DNA of 64,000 nt from an uncultured Rhodobacteraceae bacterium (GTDB lineage: Bacteria > Pseudomonadota > Alphaproteobacteria > Rhodobacterales > Rhodobacteraceae): the NCBI GenBank assembly GCA_947499725.1, contig CANMPK010000004.1, forward strand, positions 211,550 to 275,549, in the 5' to 3' direction. The notes under the pieces are model-generated. The model saw only the letters and a program-made list of their open reading frames with translations. It was not told the origin of the DNA and made no database searches. Position numbers and translations under genes: made by a program. Numbering within the stretch: the first letter of the stretch is position 1; each line of letters starts with the position of its first letter. Shown piece after piece: positions 58,433-64,000 of this stretch.

Positions 58433-58966
58433 ATGGAAGAATTGACGAGCAAGACCATTGCGGTTTTTTCCCGCCCGTTCACCGATCCGGGCTTCAACGA
58501 GATGCTTCCGGCGGGAGAGTACGAGATCGAAACGGAATTGGTTTCTACCCCGGATCAACAGGATCCCGCAGCCTGGAAAGCCTCAGTCCTGGTTAAACTT
58601 CATCCCCGGACATCGCATCCGGGGCTTACACGGTCTCTGACCGTTTCCCTTGCCGATCTAGACTATGCCCGCGCCAGGGACAAGCTGACAGGCAGAGCGT
58701 TGTCCGACTTCTTCCTTGAGGAAATGCTGGCTGATCCGATGGTGCGCCTCGTGATGGAGGCCGACGGGGTCTCTGCAGCACATATGCGGCATCTTTATTC
58801 GGAGCACCGAACACTCCAGTCTGACAGGGATGTCCTGGACCAGAACCCGGCGCGGCAAGGCTCACATGACATGGCGTCAATCCATGCTGCTGAAAACGAG
58901 GGCGTGCCTCCACGACCGACAGGGACATCGGATATGCCCACGGAAGTCAACACGGATTTGACATGA
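58433..58966 (+). CDS. Hypothetical protein, 177 aa (LPAGxYE, DPMVRLVMEADGV and AENEG motifs)
   Basis: Start ATG 58433 after GAAAGG. ATGA overlap with the next gene. Confidence 0.7.
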   Translation: MEELTSKTIAVFSRPFTDPGFNEMLPAGEYEIETELVSTPDQQDPAAWKASVLVKLHPRTSHPGLTRSLTVSLADLDYARARDKLTGRALSDFFLEEMLADPMVRLVMEADGVSAAHMRHLYSEHRTLQSDRDVLDQNPARQGSHDMASIHAAENEGVPPRPTGTSDMPTEVNTDLT

Positions 58967-59178
58967 TCAGGAACAAAACTTCGGTCGACGTAACATTTTC
59001 GGACATCGCCTGCGGAGGGGTCTTTGGCGACGTACCACGAGAGCGTCCTTGTCTGAGATGCGATGCTGTTTTCTGGAGTGAAGGCTTTGGAGAACGGATC
59101 TGTCGTCGCTGTAAGGGTTTGAGCGCCTGGCGGAACGCCGTTCCCGTCAGCCCTGGTGGTGCATTTCGTCGCCGCTGA
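58963..59178 (+). CDS. Small CxxC-x13-CxxC zinc-ribbon-like protein, 71 aa
   Basis: RPCLRCDAVFWSEGFGERICRRCK. Confidence 0.7.
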   Translation: MIRNKTSVDVTFSDIACGGVFGDVPRERPCLRCDAVFWSEGFGERICRRCKGLSAWRNAVPVSPGGAFRRR

Positions 59179-59408
59179 TCCCCACAGGGCGCGGCGTTGT
59201 CCCAGTACCGTATTGGACCCGTCATTCGGCCTGTCTTGACTTCGCTCGCATCACGCCGACCGGTGTCTTATGGAGCGAAGAGGGCTTGGAACTTCGCTAC
59301 CGTCACAGGAAACGCAGTCGGCTCTATCACAAGGGCAGCTCCGTGATTCGCCTGCGTCCAAGAAACCCAATCAAGAATAGCTGAAGGCCTCTGCCACAGC
59401 CAACTCCT

Positions 59409-59594
59409 TTGCAGGAAGGCGAAGTCGTATCCGTCGGTGCCGACGCAAAAGACAATGCCGGCGTGCGTATCGCAATGGTCGCCAAAGCTGGCGACAAAAT
59501 TCTGTTCGGCAATTGGTCGGGCACGGAAATCAAGATCTGCAGTGAAGAGCTGGAGATAATGAAGGAGAGTGACATCTTTGGCATTAGGGCCTGA
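59409..59594 (+). pseudogene. groS: 5'-truncated co-chaperonin groES
   Basis: QEGEVVSVG...[14 protein letters not shown]...[10 protein letters not shown] matches the GroES C-terminal part. The PLHDRV start and mobile loop are not found in the upstream frames, and there is no RBS. Confidence 0.75.
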
Positions 59595-59604
59595 CCGACG
59601 CTGA

Positions 59605-61272
<1,668 letters not shown>

Positions 61273-61433
61273 AAGCGAACTTTTGCGCGCGGCATTGGAA
61301 CCAATCTTTATGAGCCACGAGCAGTATTTTCCTTAAGACGGCTCGCACCAACGTCCCGACTTTTTCCAGTCGCTCTGCCCCCTGAGTAGACCATGTCGGA
61401 AGGCTCCGCTTTCTGTCATTAAATCGCTCCATG

Positions 61434-61447
61434 CTGATCTGTGTAAG
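61434..61447 (+). promoter_or_regulatory. Crp/Fnr-like box 5 (CTGAT-ctgt-GTAAG)
   Basis: Followed after 22 nt by TAGCTA (61470-61475), upstream of the 61610 gene. Confidence 0.6.
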
Positions 61448-61609
61448 CGTCGAAAACTGGAATGTAAGCTAGCTAGAAAATGCCCGCTGAAAATTCAGCA
61501 GGGCATGTGTTTTCGAGTTTTTAAGCGGCGCGCAAGTGGCGGTTCCCTAAAAGGAATTTCTTCTTTCGCGCTCCGCTCTTTCTCGAAGTGCCCAGGAAAG
61601 GACACCACA

Positions 61610-61798
61610 ATGAAACTCAACACCAATACCATCTCGGAAAAGATGAAGTCCGTTAAAGCCAGCTGTGGAGGCGCACCCTTCGGTGAAAAAAGAACGCAGG
61701 CTTGGAGACATTACAACGCTGCTGAGGCCGCGCACAAAGCGAATGACGACATCAAGACGAAATACGAACTCGACGCTGCCAGGAAAGCCCTTGCGTAA
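61610..61798 (+). CDS. Small helical protein, 62 aa
   Basis: MKLNTNTISEKMKSVKASCGGAPFGEKRTQAWRHYNAAE... with GAAAGGA RBS. Confidence 0.65.
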   Translation: MKLNTNTISEKMKSVKASCGGAPFGEKRTQAWRHYNAAEAAHKANDDIKTKYELDAARKALA

Positions 61799-61909
61799 TT
61801 AATAACGCCCGCGTGAAGACCCGGGCCAGTTTGAGCAAATGCAGAATGCAATACGCCGTGACTTGAACCGCAATCCATGATGGATTGCCCTACCTTGATT
61901 GGAAAAACC

Positions 61910-62158
61910 GTGAAAAATGTAACTCTCGTAGCTGCCCTTGTGACATCCGTCGCATTCTCTGCCAACGCAATGTCTGCCGAAATTGATACTGACGGCGACG
62001 GCATGGCATCCCTCGCTGAACTTCAGGTCTCATATCCTGAACTTACCGAGGAAGTGTTCGGCGACATCGACACAAATAGTGATGGACTTGTCGACGACGA
62101 GGAAATGGCTATCGCCGTTGAGCTTGGCAACCTCGCGGATCCTGAAACCGACTCCTGA
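61910..62158 (+). CDS. Secreted EF-hand (Ca-binding) protein
   Basis: Signal peptide ending SANA, EF loops DTDGDGMASLAE and DTNSDGLVDDEE, GTG start. Confidence 0.8.
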   Translation: MKNVTLVAALVTSVAFSANAMSAEIDTDGDGMASLAELQVSYPELTEEVFGDIDTNSDGLVDDEEMAIAVELGNLADPETDS

Positions 62159-62181
62159 AACCAAAGGTTGGAGTATGCGCT

Positions 62182-62561
62182 ATGCAAAATCGTGAAGTTT
62201 TCAGATGGAGCTTCACAGCTTCACAGCTTCACAGCTTCACAGCTTCAGGGCTTTGGCTCATCTTGTCGCCGTTCATGCTTTTTGGCGGCCAATCGGCTCT
62301 TGGCAATGCCCTCGTTGGCGATGCAGGACTGCTCATTCTCTCGGGTTTTTGGCTTTGACCGTAGCGGATTACGGCCACAACAAGCATTACCTGGTCCAGA
62401 CCTATCTAGGAGTTTCCTACGGTTTGATTTTGGTAGCGGCTCCTTGGCTGTTCGGATTCACCGAACCTGTGACCGCCTGGAATGCCGGCTTCGTCGGAAC
62501 GGCTTTGGTTCTGGCGGGCCTTTATGTGGTGTTTCAGAAAATGCCGAAACATCACGCATAG
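62182..62561 (+). pseudogene. Frameshifted SPW-repeat membrane protein gene
   Basis: Frame 1 (ATG 62182) reads ...GLWLILSPFMLFGG...stop 62358. Frame 2 continues GFLALTV...GLILVAAPWLFGF...stop 62561. The shift lies near 62338-62343. Confidence 0.65.
62209..62247 (+). repeat. Tandem repeat (AGCTTCAC) x 4.9
   Basis: Four exact 8-mers plus 7/8 of a fifth, inside the 5' end of the SPW gene. Confidence 0.95.
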
Positions 62562-62571
62562 TGAAGACACT

Positions 62572-62596
62572 GTGTGGGGCGGAAAACGCCCCACAC
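62572..62596 (+). terminator. Hairpin after the SPW gene, probable terminator
   Basis: GTGTGGGGCG-GAAAA-CGCCCCACAC followed by TTCT (weak U-tract). Confidence 0.55.
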
Positions 62597-63237
62597 TTCT
62601 AGTCGTTGTCCTTGCCAATACTACTCACCCTGCATCTCTTCCGAATATGGCTATTAGGTATTGACCGCGACTCGAACGCTTCGCGACTTTGGGGGAGTGG
62701 ACAGACCGTCCGTCTGAATCAAGGTCGTAGCCACTTCAACTGTGCAACTTGTGTGCAATCCAATTTGAAGGTCCGGAAGGCGCACGAAAGCAGCCTCTTC
62801 CGCAAGCGCAACGAACTCACCCTTTGTCCGCAGACTGTGAATTTGCTAAATCTCAGAATTTGCAGTTGCAGCAAAGGTCTCTTCTGGCGGGCCGCACTGC
62901 GGCATTGGGGCTAATACAAAAATGCCCTCGGTAAAATCAAACAAGCCGATGGCAAAAGAGTGAGTTTTTACACAACCTCGGCCACTAGACTCCGCCAGAC
63001 CCCGAAAAAGAAATTTGGACGAACGCTAACTTCGATCAGCGCCAGCCTGGCATCCGCGCCTTATGGTCTCGCAAGACGTTACGCTTTGCCACTGCACCAG
63101 GAATGCCCAGGGCCAAACAGGGCATATGTCGATCATCAAGGTTCAAACCAGGCCTTGGCTGCAAGGCGTCGACGGTCCGTTAGACGATTAACGAGTATTT
63201 CTAATGACCGAATTTTCTTAGAAAAAGGACGAACCCC

Positions 63238-64000
63238 ATGCGCTATACGATCAAGTCGAGACTTCTTGCAGGAACAACATTAATCGCAGCCGGCTTCCTG
63301 TCCAATGCGGTCGTCGCACAAGAGGTGACGATTGCGTTTCCCGCCGATGAGCTGGGGGCCACATCCTATAATCCGGTGACGTCGAACAACTTAAACTCCG
63401 CCGCGTCCTTGATCTATGACCGGTTGATCGAGCAGGACGCGGACCAGTCCTATCATCCCCATCTGGCCACATCTTGGGAAGAAAGCACGGACGGTATGTC
63501 TTGGACGTTCCACCTCAAGGACGGCGTGACCTTTCACGACGGATCACCGTTCAACGCACAATCGGTTGCCGATTGGATACCGGACTTTGCGGATACAGAG
63601 AACGCCTATTTGGTGGCCGCGGTCGCCTCTGTTGAAGTGATCGACAACCTGACCGTCAAGTTCGTGATGTCACGCCCCGAACCGAGCCTGCTGTACAACC
63701 TGGCCTCGACTTTTATGGGTGTTCCTGGCGCCGCCGCATTTGACTCGATGGGCGACGACTTTGGCGTGTCGGGTGCGGTCGGGACTGGACCATTTAAACT
63801 GGACAGTTTCGCCATCGGGTTAGAGACGGTTCTGGTGCGCAATGACGACTATGCTTGGGCCTCAGATCTGTCCGAGAATCAGGGGCGCGCGCATATCGGG
63901 AAGATCACATTCCGTGAGGTTCCGGACCAGTCCACTGCATTTCTTGAATTGAAAACAGGCGGCATCGACTTGCTGTTGGGTGTCCCGACGCCATTCCTTG
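63238..64000 (+). CDS. ABC transporter peptide/nickel-type (family 5) substrate-binding protein, partial (runs off right edge)
   Basis: MRYTIKSRLLAGTTLIAAGFLSNAVVAQE signal peptide, then LATSWEES.DG.SWTFHLKDGVTFHDGSPFNA and GTGPFKL motifs. AAAGGA RBS. Confidence 0.88.
   Translation, partial: MRYTIKSRLLAGTTLIAAGFLSNAVVAQEVTIAFPADELGATSYNPVTSNNLNSAASLIYDRLIEQDADQSYHPHLATSWEESTDGMSWTFHLKDGVTFHDGSPFNAQSVADWIPDFADTENAYLVAAVASVEVIDNLTVKFVMSRPEPSLLYNLASTFMGVPGAAAFDSMGDDFGVSGAVGTGPFKLDSFAIGLETVLVRNDDYAWASDLSENQGRAHIGKITFREVPDQSTAFLELKTGGIDLLLGVPTPFL

Noticed and set aside
59179-59408. CIRCE operator or intact groES 5' end
   Set aside because: No TTAGCACTC-N9-GAGTGCTAA, and no PLHDRV-like peptide in the upstream frames.
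62606-63283. ORFs 62606-62914 and 62960-63283, or an IS remnant
   Set aside because: No recognisable motifs, RBS or terminal repeats. The second ORF overlaps the true start of the ABC SBP gene.

Overview
GC-rich alphaproteobacterial DNA whose gene content and order look like a marine Roseobacter-group (Rhodobacterales) chromosome. From 1 to about 48.3 kb it is metabolic: an L-/D-lactate uptake and oxidation cluster, dctBD-dctPQM, a complete form I aerobic CO dehydrogenase cluster (coxC-MSL-DEF-mocA-small ORF-G-XdhC), a 2-aminoadipate/lysine catabolic operon (aminotransferase, amaB, hglS/ydcJ, ydiJ), a split metH, a GcvT-family demethylase, an asparaginase/racemase/symporter set and an RND pump. 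At 48276-48322 the 3' half of a tRNA-Cys gene (minus strand) marks an attachment site, so everything to its right is most simply read as an integrated island that runs past the window end. The island carries a Crp/Fnr regulator, a fatty acid desaturase, an hflKC pair, a secreted 7x Cys-repeat protein, a transglutaminase-like protein, a divergent groEL with a truncated groES, and about 13 small uncharacterised ORFs. The strongest new signal is in this island. Five intergenic copies of an FNR-shaped 5-4-5 box, CTRAC-cTGt-GTMAG, all face the downstream gene and each is followed by a TA-starting -10-like hexamer after 22-23 nt. This is the geometry of class II Crp/Fnr-activated promoters, and it points to a self-contained, apparently uncharacterised regulon. 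Start codons were re-chosen by eye from RBS and overlap evidence. No database searches were run.
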